From Chloropicon primus (lineage: Eukaryota), in the NCBI GenBank assembly GCA_023205875.1, contig CP060757.1, positions 1 through 64,000 of the forward strand: a stretch of 64,000 bases of DNA. Direction: 5' to 3'. The translations under genes and the position numbers were made by a program. Shown here in pieces: positions 31,603 to 41,546 of the stretch. The notes beneath the pieces are model-generated. The model worked only from the letters and a program-made list of their open reading frames with translations. It was not told the DNA's origin and did no database searches. Position 1 is the stretch's first letter. The number at the start of each line of letters is the position of its first letter.

Positions 31603-32481
31603 ATGACGAGACTTGAGCCACAGAGATCCGGATCGGATAAGGCGAAGAGGATGACCAAGGCGCGGGTAGGTGACGTTTCGTTGGGTGGCACGAGGACGAG
31701 GACGACGACGAGGACGAGGGCCTCGCCGCCAACACCACCGCCATTAACAACAACAACAGCAGCAGCAACAACAGCAGCAGCAAGAAGAAGAAGAGGAAGA
31801 AGGTCCCAAAGAGGTTGGAGTTGTGTGACCGAGGTGTTCACGGGGATCGTGGAGGGAAAGGCGGAGGTGGCCTCGGTCGTGGACAAGGATGAGTTTCGGT
31901 CCCTGGTCCTCCGGTTTCCACCTCCTCGCGAGGAGGGAAGGAACTACCTGGAGAGGGCGCAGGTCGGGTGCTCGGTGGCGGTGAACGGGACGTGCCTCAC
32001 CGTGACGACCATCGCGGAGGAGAGGAACGAGCTCGGGTTCGACGTCATCGGGGAGACCTTGCGTCGCACCAACTTGGGAACCCTTGCAGTGGGCGACGAG
32101 TGCAACTTCGAGAGGGCGGCGAGGATCGGGGACGAGGTCGGGGGGCACAACGTGAGCGGGCACGTCCACACCAAGGCGGAGGTCAGCGAGGTGGAGCGCG
32201 TGGGGGAGAACAACGTGAGGTACCAGGTCAGGCTGCCGACTAGGGAGTACATCAAGTACGTGCTGCCCAAGGGCTACATCGCGGTCGACGGCATCTCCCT
32301 CACGGTGGGCGAGGTGGACGACCAGGAGGGAACCTTCAACCTGTACCTGATCCCGGAGACCCTCAGGGTCACGACCCTGGGAACGAAGACGCCGGGCAGC
32401 GCGGTGAACGTGGAGGTCGACGCCCAGACCCAGGCCATCGTCGACACCGTCGAGAAGATGAGGCAGAGGGGGGACTTTTAG
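31603..32481 (+). CDS. ribC: Riboflavin synthase, plastid-targeted
   Basis: FTGIVE, SVAVNGTCLTV, GGHNVSGHV, KGYIAVDGISLTV and VNVEVD follow a Thr/Arg-rich transit peptide. Confidence 0.94.
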   Translation: MTRLEPQRSGSDKAKRMTKARVGDVSLGGTRTRTTTRTRASPPTPPPLTTTTAAATTAAARRRRGRRSQRGWSCVTEVFTGIVEGKAEVASVVDKDEFRSLVLRFPPPREEGRNYLERAQVGCSVAVNGTCLTVTTIAEERNELGFDVIGETLRRTNLGTLAVGDECNFERAARIGDEVGGHNVSGHVHTKAEVSEVERVGENNVRYQVRLPTREYIKYVLPKGYIAVDGISLTVGEVDDQEGTFNLYLIPETLRVTTLGTKTPGSAVNVEVDAQTQAIVDTVEKMRQRGDF

Positions 32482-32976
32482 TAGTAGCCTCGTAGTAGCC
32501 TCGTAGCAGTAGTAGCAGGGGGGGGGGGGCGATTGGCGACTGGTTGGGCCTTTCCTCTCCTGGATGAATACGAATAATGAGAGGAGGAGGACTTGCTTGG
32601 TTAGGAGGGCGGCGGTGGCGGTGGCGGTGGCGGTGACGAAGAATCCTCGTTCTCTTCGATCCCCTCGGTCCGCTGTCCTCTTGGCAAAGAAAGAAGAGGC
32701 TTGAAAGCTTTGCTTCCGAGAGGGATAACGATAACGATAACGATAACGCCAGGGGTGTGTTGTGGTTTCCGTTGTTCGTTCTTGTACCATGTGTTTCCCC
32801 TAATCGACAACCTCGTGTGTATGTGATCCTCCTCCTCCTCCTGTGTTCCGCCTTGCTCTCCCCTCCATCCCCTGGTGGCCCTCGTCCTCGTCCTGTCCTC
32901 CGAAGGAAGGGCTCGGCGGTGGAGAAGAGGAAGAGGAGAGGAGAGGAGAGGAGAGGAGAGGAGAGGAGAGGGAGAG

Positions 32977-34005
32977 ATGTGGAGGAAGGGCGGAGGGAAC
33001 CTGAACCTGAACCTGAACCTGAACCTGGTGGCATTGGTATTTATTATCTTTGTCCTTGTCGTCGGGCCAGCAGAAGCCTGGTTCGGTGGAGGCAAAGGGA
33101 AAGGGAAGGGGAAAGGTCCTGCAGTGTGTGTGTCCAAGGCGAATTGGGCAAAGTACGAGCGTCATGGCAAGGTTCCGAGGCATCAGAAGGACTTGACGTA
33201 TTGCTCAAGGTGGAGGGAGGACACGTGTTGCGATGCGGAGCAGACGAACAGGGCCAGGACGCTTTACTCGACCATGGACTACAGGACGACTTCCAAGGGA
33301 TGCCGTGAGGTTTGGCAACTTCTGCAGTGCTCCGTGTGCAGCCCTCACGTCGGTGTCGTGAATGCGACGGGTGGAAGGGAGAGCAAGGGCGGGAAGTCGA
33401 TAGAGGAGGAGGATTTTCACCACAGGGTCCCCTTGACGAGGGAGTTTTGCGACAGGGTTTACTCCGAGTGCGAGACGAGTCAGTTTGCGGGCGACGAGGA
33501 TTACGCCATCAGGGGGTGCAGCCCGGACAAGGACGTGGTGTGCTCCAAACTGAAGCACTGGAACGTGTCTCCCCGGGAGTTTTGCGAGATGGCGGGGTTC
33601 AGGGTGTGCGGCTACGGCGGCGACGAGGACGACCTCTTTGCGACGGAGGACGATGAGGGGTACTGCTACGACGGCGAGGAGCACACGGAGGAGGGACTGA
33701 AGAGGGAGAAGCAGAAGGAGCGCCAGTGGCAGAAGAAGCAAAGGAGCTACAAGAGCTCGAGGAGGAGGCTTGGGATCAAGGGCAGGGGATTCTTCCGAAG
33801 GGTGTTCGGCAAGGAGAGGGAGAAGCAAGCCAGGGAGGCCGCGTTGGTCGGAGCACTCGTCGCCGGATCAGCCGCGGCGTTTTACCTTTACAGGAGGAGG
33901 AAGAGAGAAGCAAGAAAGGGGTATTACTACGACGCGGGCAGGACCAAAGTCATAAGGAAGCTGCAGAAGGACTTGAACGAAGCAAACGCGGCCAAGAGGA
34001 AATGA
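32977..34005 (+). CDS. Folate-receptor-family (Folate_rec) domain type I membrane protein
   Basis: Signal peptide, then the Cys pattern YC...TCC...C...LQCSVCSP...FCDRVYSEC. A C-terminal TM segment ALVGALVAGSAAAFYLY is followed by RRRKR. Confidence 0.75.
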   Translation: MWRKGGGNLNLNLNLNLVALVFIIFVLVVGPAEAWFGGGKGKGKGKGPAVCVSKANWAKYERHGKVPRHQKDLTYCSRWREDTCCDAEQTNRARTLYSTMDYRTTSKGCREVWQLLQCSVCSPHVGVVNATGGRESKGGKSIEEEDFHHRVPLTREFCDRVYSECETSQFAGDEDYAIRGCSPDKDVVCSKLKHWNVSPREFCEMAGFRVCGYGGDEDDLFATEDDEGYCYDGEEHTEEGLKREKQKERQWQKKQRSYKSSRRRLGIKGRGFFRRVFGKEREKQAREAALVGALVAGSAAAFYLYRRRKREARKGYYYDAGRTKVIRKLQKDLNEANAAKRK

Positions 34006-34410
34006 AAGTGAAAAGGAAAAGGTGATTAGGGTGGGGCGTTAGGCGCTCGAGGGAGAGAAGGCGGGTGGTTGAACCTGTTGAGCTTCACCAAAGCAATTGG
34101 AACAGCTAATTTATCATATAAGAATTTTTCCCTTTTTCTTTTCGCCATCTCGACAACTGTGTGTGTACCGCAACGCACCGAGGTGCCCGCCGCGCGCAAG
34201 CGAGCGTCTCTGGGCCCCGGGGGGGGGGTCGACCTCGTGTGTCTCAGAGGTAATCAATGTTAATCTTCAATTCATGCAATTTCGATTCTTGCCCTCGATG
34301 TTGTGCGCCGCGCTCCTCCTGCGGTGTTGTCCGCTGTGTGTGTTTGTGTGTGTTCCAAAACGTTTCCTTTGATTTGCTTCAAAACCTTTGCCTTGCCCCC
34401 GTTCACTCAT

Positions 34411-35868
34411 TCAACTTTCCCCGAGAAAGTCCCCCCTTTCGCTCTCCAGCTCCCTCTTCAGCTGCACTTTCTTCTCCTTCATCTTCCTCTCCGCCCACTC
34501 GTCGGTCATCATGAAAGCGACCTTGGCCCGCGGATCCTCCGCCTCCTTGACCTTGTGGTACTTGTCCAGGAGGGCCCTGTGGTTCAGCTCGGCCCCCTTG
34601 TCCCCCCCGTCCCCCTGGCTCCCGATCGATCTCAAGTTGGACTCGACCCTCTCCTTCATCTGGCTGAAGATGGCCTCGACCTTGGGCTTCCACAGCCTCA
34701 TCCTCGCGTTGATGAACCACGTGTTCACCTGTACGACATCCAAACCGAGCTCGTTCGCGAGGTTCCCCTTCTGGGTCTCGCTCGGGTAAGGGTTGTCAAA
34801 GTGGTCGTACAGGTACTCCTTGAGGCCTCTCACCGCCTTCCTGGGGAGGTTCATCCCCCTGTTCCTCTTCGGGGCCCTCGCCGTCATCGTCGGCATCGTC
34901 CTCAGGTCCGAGGACGGGGGCTCCATCACCCCGAGCTGGGGGAACAGCAGGTGCTGCTTCAGGTCCCTGAGGTCCACGGTCTCCCCGCCCGCGGCGGTCC
35001 CCGCGGACTGCTGCTGCTTGAGCTGCTGAATCAGGGCGTTGAGCTGCTCCTGCTGCCGGCTCACGGCTTGGGCAGCCAGGTTGCTCAGCATGGGGGACGG
35101 GGTCTGCGGAGTCAGCAGGCGGTGGTCCCCCGCCGCGGCGGAGTCCGCCTCCGTCGTGGGCGTCTTCGGCCCCAGCAAGAGGGACGACGACGAAGCAGCG
35201 GCGGCAGCGGCAGCAGCAGCAGCAGCGGAGGCGGAGTCCTTCTGCAGGGCCCTGCTGAGGATGTCCGTAACCGACTGCTCCAGCACGCTGTGCTGCTGCT
35301 TGTGGCGGTGGTCCCGGAGGCTGGCGATGCCCGCAAGGGTGGCCGCCCCCGCGGACTGGTTGATGAGCTTGGCCAGGACCTCGTTCAGCTGCCTGGCCCG
35401 AAGGCACTCCTCCTGCCACATCCTGCTCTCCCTCTCGTGCCTCTCGGCCTCTTCCTTGTACTTGAGGAGCTCCGAGACGATGAGGTGGACTTGGGCGTTG
35501 AAGCTGATGAAGCTGCCGCTGCTGCTCGGCACAGCCGTCGTCATCGTCGCTGCCGTCGTCGCACCACCACCAGCAGCAGCAGCAGTGGGCGAGGACAAGG
35601 GGAGCAAGTTCTCCGTGTCGTGCTCCCCGCAGGACCTCGACCTCTTGGGCGGCGGTGGCGGTGGATTCTCGAGCGCCATCGTGGTGGTCTCTGCGCTGTT
35701 CAAGCTCCTGACCCTCCCCGCTTCCGCCAGTGGCGGCGGCTGGTGCGAAGTACTCCCCATGGTCATGGACTTGATGACCCCCTCGAAGAGCTCCTGGTGC
35801 CTCGTTCTCGCCAAGTCGTAGTGGTGGCCCTCCTTCCCCTCCTCCAGCCCCCCTGGTGGTGTCTTCAT
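34411..35868 (-). CDS. TALE-class homeodomain transcription factor (BELL-like)
   Basis: LPRKAVRGLKEYLYDHFDNPYPSETQKGNLANELGLDVVQVNTWFINARMRLWKP, containing the PYP loop and WFINAR helix 3. The start is uncertain. Confidence 0.9.
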   Translation of the reverse strand: MKTPPGGLEEGKEGHHYDLARTRHQELFEGVIKSMTMGSTSHQPPPLAEAGRVRSLNSAETTTMALENPPPPPPKRSRSCGEHDTENLLPLSSPTAAAAGGGATTAATMTTAVPSSSGSFISFNAQVHLIVSELLKYKEEAERHERESRMWQEECLRARQLNEVLAKLINQSAGAATLAGIASLRDHRHKQQHSVLEQSVTDILSRALQKDSASAAAAAAAAAAASSSSLLLGPKTPTTEADSAAAGDHRLLTPQTPSPMLSNLAAQAVSRQQEQLNALIQQLKQQQSAGTAAGGETVDLRDLKQHLLFPQLGVMEPPSSDLRTMPTMTARAPKRNRGMNLPRKAVRGLKEYLYDHFDNPYPSETQKGNLANELGLDVVQVNTWFINARMRLWKPKVEAIFSQMKERVESNLRSIGSQGDGGDKGAELNHRALLDKYHKVKEAEDPRAKVAFMMTDEWAERKMKEKKVQLKRELESERGDFLGES

Positions 35869-36342
35869 GAGAGCGAGAGAGTGCGCGCACTCGCGAGAGG
35901 GGGAGGGACACCGCACCCTCGTGAAGCCCTCCTGTTGTTTGAAGCCCTCAAGGTTGTGGTTGTGGTGTTCGTCTTCGTTGGTGTTTGTTTGTTGTCGCGG
36001 CGCCGCAGCAGTTTTGTGTTTGTTTTTTTGTTTCTCCCTGAGTGTTGTGGTTTTCCTTGGCGAAGTTGGCGGGAAGAATAGAGACGTCAGTTAAATTCCT
36101 ACGTAATACGGGAAGCCTTTTTCCTTTGGGGAAACGAAGAATTTATTCGGTGGAGACAATGGACACGAAAACGGAGATGCAGGACGGAGGAAGGGCAGGA
36201 CGGAGGAAGGGCAGGACGGAGGAAGGGCGGGATGGGGGGGAGGGGAGGGAACAGGGGGAGGGAGGGAAGGGAGGGAGGCATTGTCTCTTGCACTTTGCAA
36301 TGAAACACATCACTCGCTCACTTTTCTTGCCATAGACAGAGA

Positions 36343-36388
36343 GGATGGATGGATGGATGGATGGATGGATGGATGGATGGATGGATGG
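36343..36388 (+). repeat. (GGAT)n microsatellite
   Basis: About 11 tandem GGAT units. It is one of many simple repeats in intergenic regions, such as (GT)n at about 18396-18428 and (GTTT)n at about 40890-40926. Confidence 0.9.
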
Positions 36389-36748
36389 GATAGAGTAGCG
36401 CGGATGGCTCTCTCCATTCGAAGGCGTTTCGATTCGCATGGGGGAGGGCCGCACAGATTACGATCGAAGGTACTTGGGGGTTACTCCTGCGGGGTTACCC
36501 TTGCGGGATGGTATCGTATTAATCACGATGATGACAGCAAACGTAGACGCAGCGTAGCCGTAGCTCTGGCGAAGTCCTGCGGGTGCGTCCATGAGTGTGA
36601 TCGCTCTCACCAGCGATCACACGAGGATATTTGCAATTTGCTAAACTGAGTGTATGTGTGTGTGAATATGGTCCGGTAACCGCTCACGCAAACAGGTCCA
36701 CACTTATACTTCTAGGGTAGTATGTAACTGGATACATGCCACGCCTTG

Positions 36749-37882
36749 TCACTCGTCGTGGTGGATCCATAACGTGATTGTGTCCCTCACGCTCGGGTCC
36801 GAAAAGTGTTGGCGCAAGTGTTCTTCCAGGGCCAGAGTCAACCGGCCGCGAGAGTCCCAGAAACGCAGCTCGGAGGTCAGGGTGCTTCCACTCTCCTGCA
36901 TTGGTGAGGAGACCACCACATTCACCGGCTGAATTCCCTTCACCGCGTTGGTGACGAAGGCCTCCTCCCATCGGTCGGCCTCGGACACGGACAAGGGCCT
37001 CTCGACGGTGGGAACACCCAGCTCCCTCTCCGCGATTTCGATGACGGCCTGCCTGGCAATGCCGGGGAGGATGCCTCGGGAGATGGGGCAGGTCACGAGC
37101 TGATGATTCTCCCACTTCCCTCGACCTCGGCTCCCGTCGCCATCGCCGTCGAGTCGTTCCACCACGAAAAAAGATGATTTCATCCCCTCCAGTACCTCCC
37201 CCTCGTCCGAAACCAAGAGAACCTCAGTCAAGCCTTGGTGCTGCTCCCGGGCCCGTACGAGGTCCCTCTCCAAGCCGAGGCGCTCCGACGCCCACTGGCA
37301 CGACTTTGCTTGGGGCGTCGGCCGCTCGTGCTGCCTCAGGAGGAGGCCCGCCGGTGCGGTCACCCCAGTGAGTGGAGGCGGCGGAAGCGTGAACAAATGG
37401 GCAAGGCAAGACAATCCTTTCGCCTGATCTCCCGGCCGCACCACCAACGTCAGCATATCCACGGCGGATCTACCACCCGTCCCTCGTGTCCTGCTTCTCC
37501 CTCTCAGACGCAGCACCGCCTCCACGGTCGCCCTCGAGGCTTCCTCCACGGCCTCCTCCAATCCACCCTCGCCCCCCGCGATGCAGTGGTCCGGGTAAAG
37601 CCACCGCATGGACTCCACTAGCCTCTCCGCGTGCCTCCTCCACAAGGGAAGCACCCACCTCTCTCCAACCTCCTCCTCCTCCAGCGGATGACAAGCGGCA
37701 TCATCATCGTCATCGTCGTCATCATCATCATAGGAGGTTCCCTCGACCTCGTTTCCCGTCCAGCGGAACACCGTCATCGCGGTGTACGCTCCATCACCAA
37801 CCCACCTCAAGAAGCTCCCCGGCGTCTCCACCTTTCCCTCCTCCACCTCCACCTCCTTCCCATCCACCACCACCAGCATCAT
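36749..37882 (-). CDS. Class IV PLP-dependent aminotransferase-like protein (ADC lyase/BCAT/DAAT fold)
   Basis: GAYTAM, HAERL, AKSCQW, EVLL...VLEGMKSSFFVV, ILPGIARQ and WEEAFVTNA. Confidence 0.82.
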   Translation of the reverse strand: MMLVVVDGKEVEVEEGKVETPGSFLRWVGDGAYTAMTVFRWTGNEVEGTSYDDDDDDDDDDAACHPLEEEEVGERWVLPLWRRHAERLVESMRWLYPDHCIAGGEGGLEEAVEEASRATVEAVLRLRGRSRTRGTGGRSAVDMLTLVVRPGDQAKGLSCLAHLFTLPPPPLTGVTAPAGLLLRQHERPTPQAKSCQWASERLGLERDLVRAREQHQGLTEVLLVSDEGEVLEGMKSSFFVVERLDGDGDGSRGRGKWENHQLVTCPISRGILPGIARQAVIEIAERELGVPTVERPLSVSEADRWEEAFVTNAVKGIQPVNVVVSSPMQESGSTLTSELRFWDSRGRLTLALEEHLRQHFSDPSVRDTITLWIHHDE

Positions 37883-38271
37883 CGTCCCATCATCCTCATC
37901 ATCCTCATCATCCTCATCACAACGTCAAGCTGGTTCCGTGCGTCCGTGTCCCTTGTGACCTATCGTTGGAAAGGTCTTGAGACGCGCTACGCGATGGAAC
38001 GTGTCCCCCCTCCGCCTCTGCGCTCCCCTTCCTTCCATTGCACGAAACCTCCTCCTCCGTCGCCCGTCTCGTCCGCCGGCCACAATCCCCTTCACTGGGG
38101 TCGACCGAGGACGGCGCGCGACGAGGCGAACGGCGGGGAGGACGGCAACGCGGCGTGGAGGAGCGGGGAGGGAGTGAAGTAGGCGTCAAGTCATTCGCAC
38201 GATCTTTCGAACGAGCCCTCGCTCGTCCGAAATGGCCGAGTATTGGTGACCGAGGGAGGAGTTTTGATTGG

Positions 38272-38937
38272 ATGGCGGCTGAGACCATGGAGATGGAGAT
38301 GGCGTTGGTGGAGAGAGCGATGGACTTGTTGGGGACGACGCGGTTGCCGTGGGAGGAGGAAGGGAGCGGAGCATGGAGGCACAGATTGGTCAATGCCCCG
38401 GATGGCGTGGGTTGGGAAGGACCGCTGAGGACGTACGTGGAGAGGACCTGGGACAAGAGGTACTACCTCAGGGATGGGGATGGGGATAGGTATGCGTACT
38501 TGCATCCGAACGGGATTTGCGTGTTGGGTTTTGCGCCAACGCACGAGGCGGTGGTTCTGGCGAGGAAGGCCAAGGGGAGCCAAGTGTGTTTGGAGTATAA
38601 CAGGAAGTGGGACACGACCAAGGAGTTTCAATTTGCTGGCAAGCAGAGGAAGAACGCGCCCATCTTGCAGGAGAACACGGAGGTGTGCAATCTCAGAGTG
38701 GGCCGAAAGATATTCTCCGTGCGATGCGGAGTGCAGGCGAGGCTGCTGGAGCTCAATGGGAAGCTGGTCCGCGGCGGGGAGGAGGCCGCGCTGTGGCACC
38801 AAAGGCCTGCCACTGAAGGATGGTTAGCTATCGTCCAGCTGCTGTGCAAGCCTGAAGAGATCGTGGAGGCGACGGTGTCGATGGAGGAGTACGTGAAAGA
38901 GAGGGAGGACGATCTCAAGGGTTTGTTCGAGCCGTAG
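38272..38937 (+). CDS. ABITRAM: Abitram/FAM206A (Simiate) family protein
   Basis: YLHPNGICVLGFAPTH, GKQRKNA, VRCGVQARLLELN and EGWLAIV match the recalled family pattern. Confidence 0.8.
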   Translation: MAAETMEMEMALVERAMDLLGTTRLPWEEEGSGAWRHRLVNAPDGVGWEGPLRTYVERTWDKRYYLRDGDGDRYAYLHPNGICVLGFAPTHEAVVLARKAKGSQVCLEYNRKWDTTKEFQFAGKQRKNAPILQENTEVCNLRVGRKIFSVRCGVQARLLELNGKLVRGGEEAALWHQRPATEGWLAIVQLLCKPEEIVEATVSMEEYVKEREDDLKGLFEP

Positions 38938-39345
38938 CTCGTCACAGGTAAGTGGGCACACGAGGACGATTTGGCAGCGAGGGAACGTTGTGCTTGTGCG
39001 TGGTGTGGTGCGACGCCTTTCGTTGTTGGCTCTCTTCGTTGACCTACATGAACCAATGATTGCTAGAGTTTCATAGAAGCCATAAAGAAGCACCAAGAGA
39101 AGAATTTCTGATGACCCGCGGTCCTCACCCTTCACTAGATTGCGATCAGCTCCTTTTGGAACATGTTTTCTGAACATCATCATCAAGCCTTTTGCCTTTT
39201 TCCTTTCAGCTGCTCGGACAGGAACGGCCGACCGACGTAAAGAATGGAAAGCTATCTATTATTCTATGTGAACACCACCAGGGGGTGGTTGTGGTTGTGT
39301 ATTACTATGATATGATTGGGCCCAATTCTTCCGTTCCTTGCTTCT

Positions 39346-41010
39346 CTACTCCTCGAACTTAGTGGAGTTCACACCGTGAACATCGATGATACCTCCCCTG
39401 TAAGATCCTCTCTTCTTCTTCGTCTTTTCGTGGCGGAAGTCCTTGCCTCTGACTCTGCTAAGGATCTGGTTCGCCCCTGCTCCCCAGCCGCCGTCACCGA
39501 AGGTGCCTACATAGGAGTTGTCTTGGGACCCTCTCTTGCCCATCCACTTGTCGACGTCGACTCTCTTAAAGGCCTTCGAGGCTGTGCCGCCATAGCCGTT
39601 GTCGTACTCGCCGTTCTGACCCTCGTCATACTCGTTTCCAGCATTCTGAGCCGCCGAGCCCTTCTTCATGTCCAGGACCTCCTCCGACGAGCTGCTTGAT
39701 CCGCTGCTGCTCGAGTTGTCCTTCTTTTTTGAGTCACTGCTGCTGCTGCTGGAAGAATCATCGCTGCTGGAAGAATCATCCGAGGAGGAGGAGGAGGAGG
39801 AGGAGGAGGAGGAGGAGGAGCCGCTGCTGCTACTGCTGCTGTCCTTCTCACTTTTCTTTTTCTTCTTCTTCTTCTTGTCGTCCTTCTCGGACGAGGAGGA
39901 ATCGTCGTCACTGGAGCTGCTGCTTCCGGAATCGTCCGAGTCGTCGCTGCTGCTCGAGTCATCGGAGGAGCTCGAGTCATCCTTCTTCTCCTTCTTCTTC
40001 TCCTTCTTCTTCTCCTTCTCCTTGTCCTCCTCTTCTGAAGAGGAAGAGTCGTCGTCAGAAGAGCTGCTGCTGGAGCTGTCACTCGAGGAGCTGCTCGCCT
40101 TCTTGGCCTTCTTCTCCTCGGAGGACTCGCTGCTGCTGCTGCTGCTGGAGTCATCGCTCGAGTCCTCGGAGTCTGAAGAAGAGTCGTCGCTGGAGCTGCT
40201 GCTGTCCTTCTTCTTCTCCTTCTTCTCCTTGGAAGAGGAAGACGAGTCATCGCCGGAGCTGCTGCTGCTGCTGCTGCTCGAGTCATCGGAGGAGCTCGAG
40301 ACATCCTTCTTCTCCTTCTTCTCCTTGTCCTCCTCTTCTGAAGAGGAAGAGTCGTCGTCAGAAGAGCTGCTGCTGGAGCTGTCGCTCGAGGAGCTGCTCG
40401 CCTTCTTGGCCTTCTTCGCTGGCGGCGCCTTCTTCTCCTCGGAAGACTCGCTGCTGCTACTCGTATTGTCGCTGGAGCTCGAGTCCTCGGAGTCCGAAGA
40501 AGAAGAAGAAGAGGAGTCGTCACTGGAGCTCATGCTTCTCTTCCTCTTCCCCTTCTGCAAAGATGACGACGATGATGATGGTGATGATGGCGATGGCGGT
40601 CAGCAAGAGATGAGACGAACAGCATCAAGTCGTCAGACCTAGCTTCCTTCCTTGCTTGCTTGGTTTGTTCCTCCTACCTTGTATTCGTCAAAGACGTTGC
40701 CGAGATTGACTGCAGCGTCTTCCACACCGTCGAGAGACTTCCTCGCCTCCTTCTGCACAACACACGCACACACATAAGAACACATCAAAACCAAGTCATG
40801 TCACGTCACGTCACGTCAGTGTCTCCCCAAACCTCATTCTCCTGGTATTGTTGCTATTGCTGATGCTTGCTGATGCTGATGCTGATGTTGTTTGTTTGTT
40901 TGTTTGTTTGTTTGTTTGTTTGTTTGTCTTACCTTGAGAGCCTCTGCTGACTTGCTGAGTCCCTTGTCCTCAAGGTACTTCAGTACCGATGGCAATATTT
41001 CCTTCTCCAT
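39346..41010 (-). CDS. SRP40: SRP40/Nopp140 nucleolar phosphoprotein; 3 exons
   Basis: Exons 41010-40933 (LisH-like VLKYLEDKGLSKSAEAL), 40752-40678 and 40554-39346. Ser/Asp-Lys alternating repeats include an internal duplication (about 40021-40115 vs 40324-40418). The C-terminal SRP40_C motif is RGKDFRHEKTKKKRGSYRGG. Confidence 0.93.
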
Positions 41011-41109
41011 CCTCGTCCCTTCCCTTGCCTTATCGTCCCCTCCCTTTCCCCTGACGCTCTCCTCTCCTCTCCTCTCCTCTCCGCCGCCGCCGCGATTCGC
41101 CCGACCACG

Positions 41110-41158
41110 AAAACCTAAAACCACCTAAACCCTAAAACCCAAACCCTAAAACCCAAAC
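41110..41158 (+). promoter_or_regulatory. Telo-box (AAACCCTA) / interstitial telomere motif cluster
   Basis: AAAACCTAAAACCACCTAAACCCTAAAACCCAAACCCTAAAACCCAAAC contains perfect AAACCCTA at 41127 and 41141, 100-150 bp upstream of the SRP40 ATG. Confidence 0.65.
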
Positions 41159-41546
41159 TTCTCCTGGAGAACAAACACAAGGAGAGGAGAAACTGGAGAG
41201 GGTGCCGTGAACACCGCTTCATCCGTCACATACCATCGTAACCTTTTTGGTGGAGGGCAACGACGTGGCTTCGCTCGTAGCGCATCCCATCCCACATCCC
41301 TTCCCATCCCATCATCCCTTCCCATCCCATCCCGGGAAGAGGAAGAGGAGGAGGGTAGGGGAGCAACGCGTTGGTTCAGTTTGGATTAGGATTGGTTTGG
41401 ACTGTGTGCTTGAGGCATCCGTTGCGTGCAAGAGGTTTCCCTTGGATTGAGAGACCCATCCAAGCCAAGCCACCTGACACACACACCTGACAGGACAAGG
41501 GGCAGGAGAGGAGGAAGGTCGGGAGTGAGGGAGTGAGGGAGTGAGG

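Noticed and set aside
39666..40642. Arg-rich, Leu/Glu/Ser-rich and Cys-rich ORFs overlapping SRP40
   Set aside because: They are alternative frames of the Ser/Asp/Lys repeat region.
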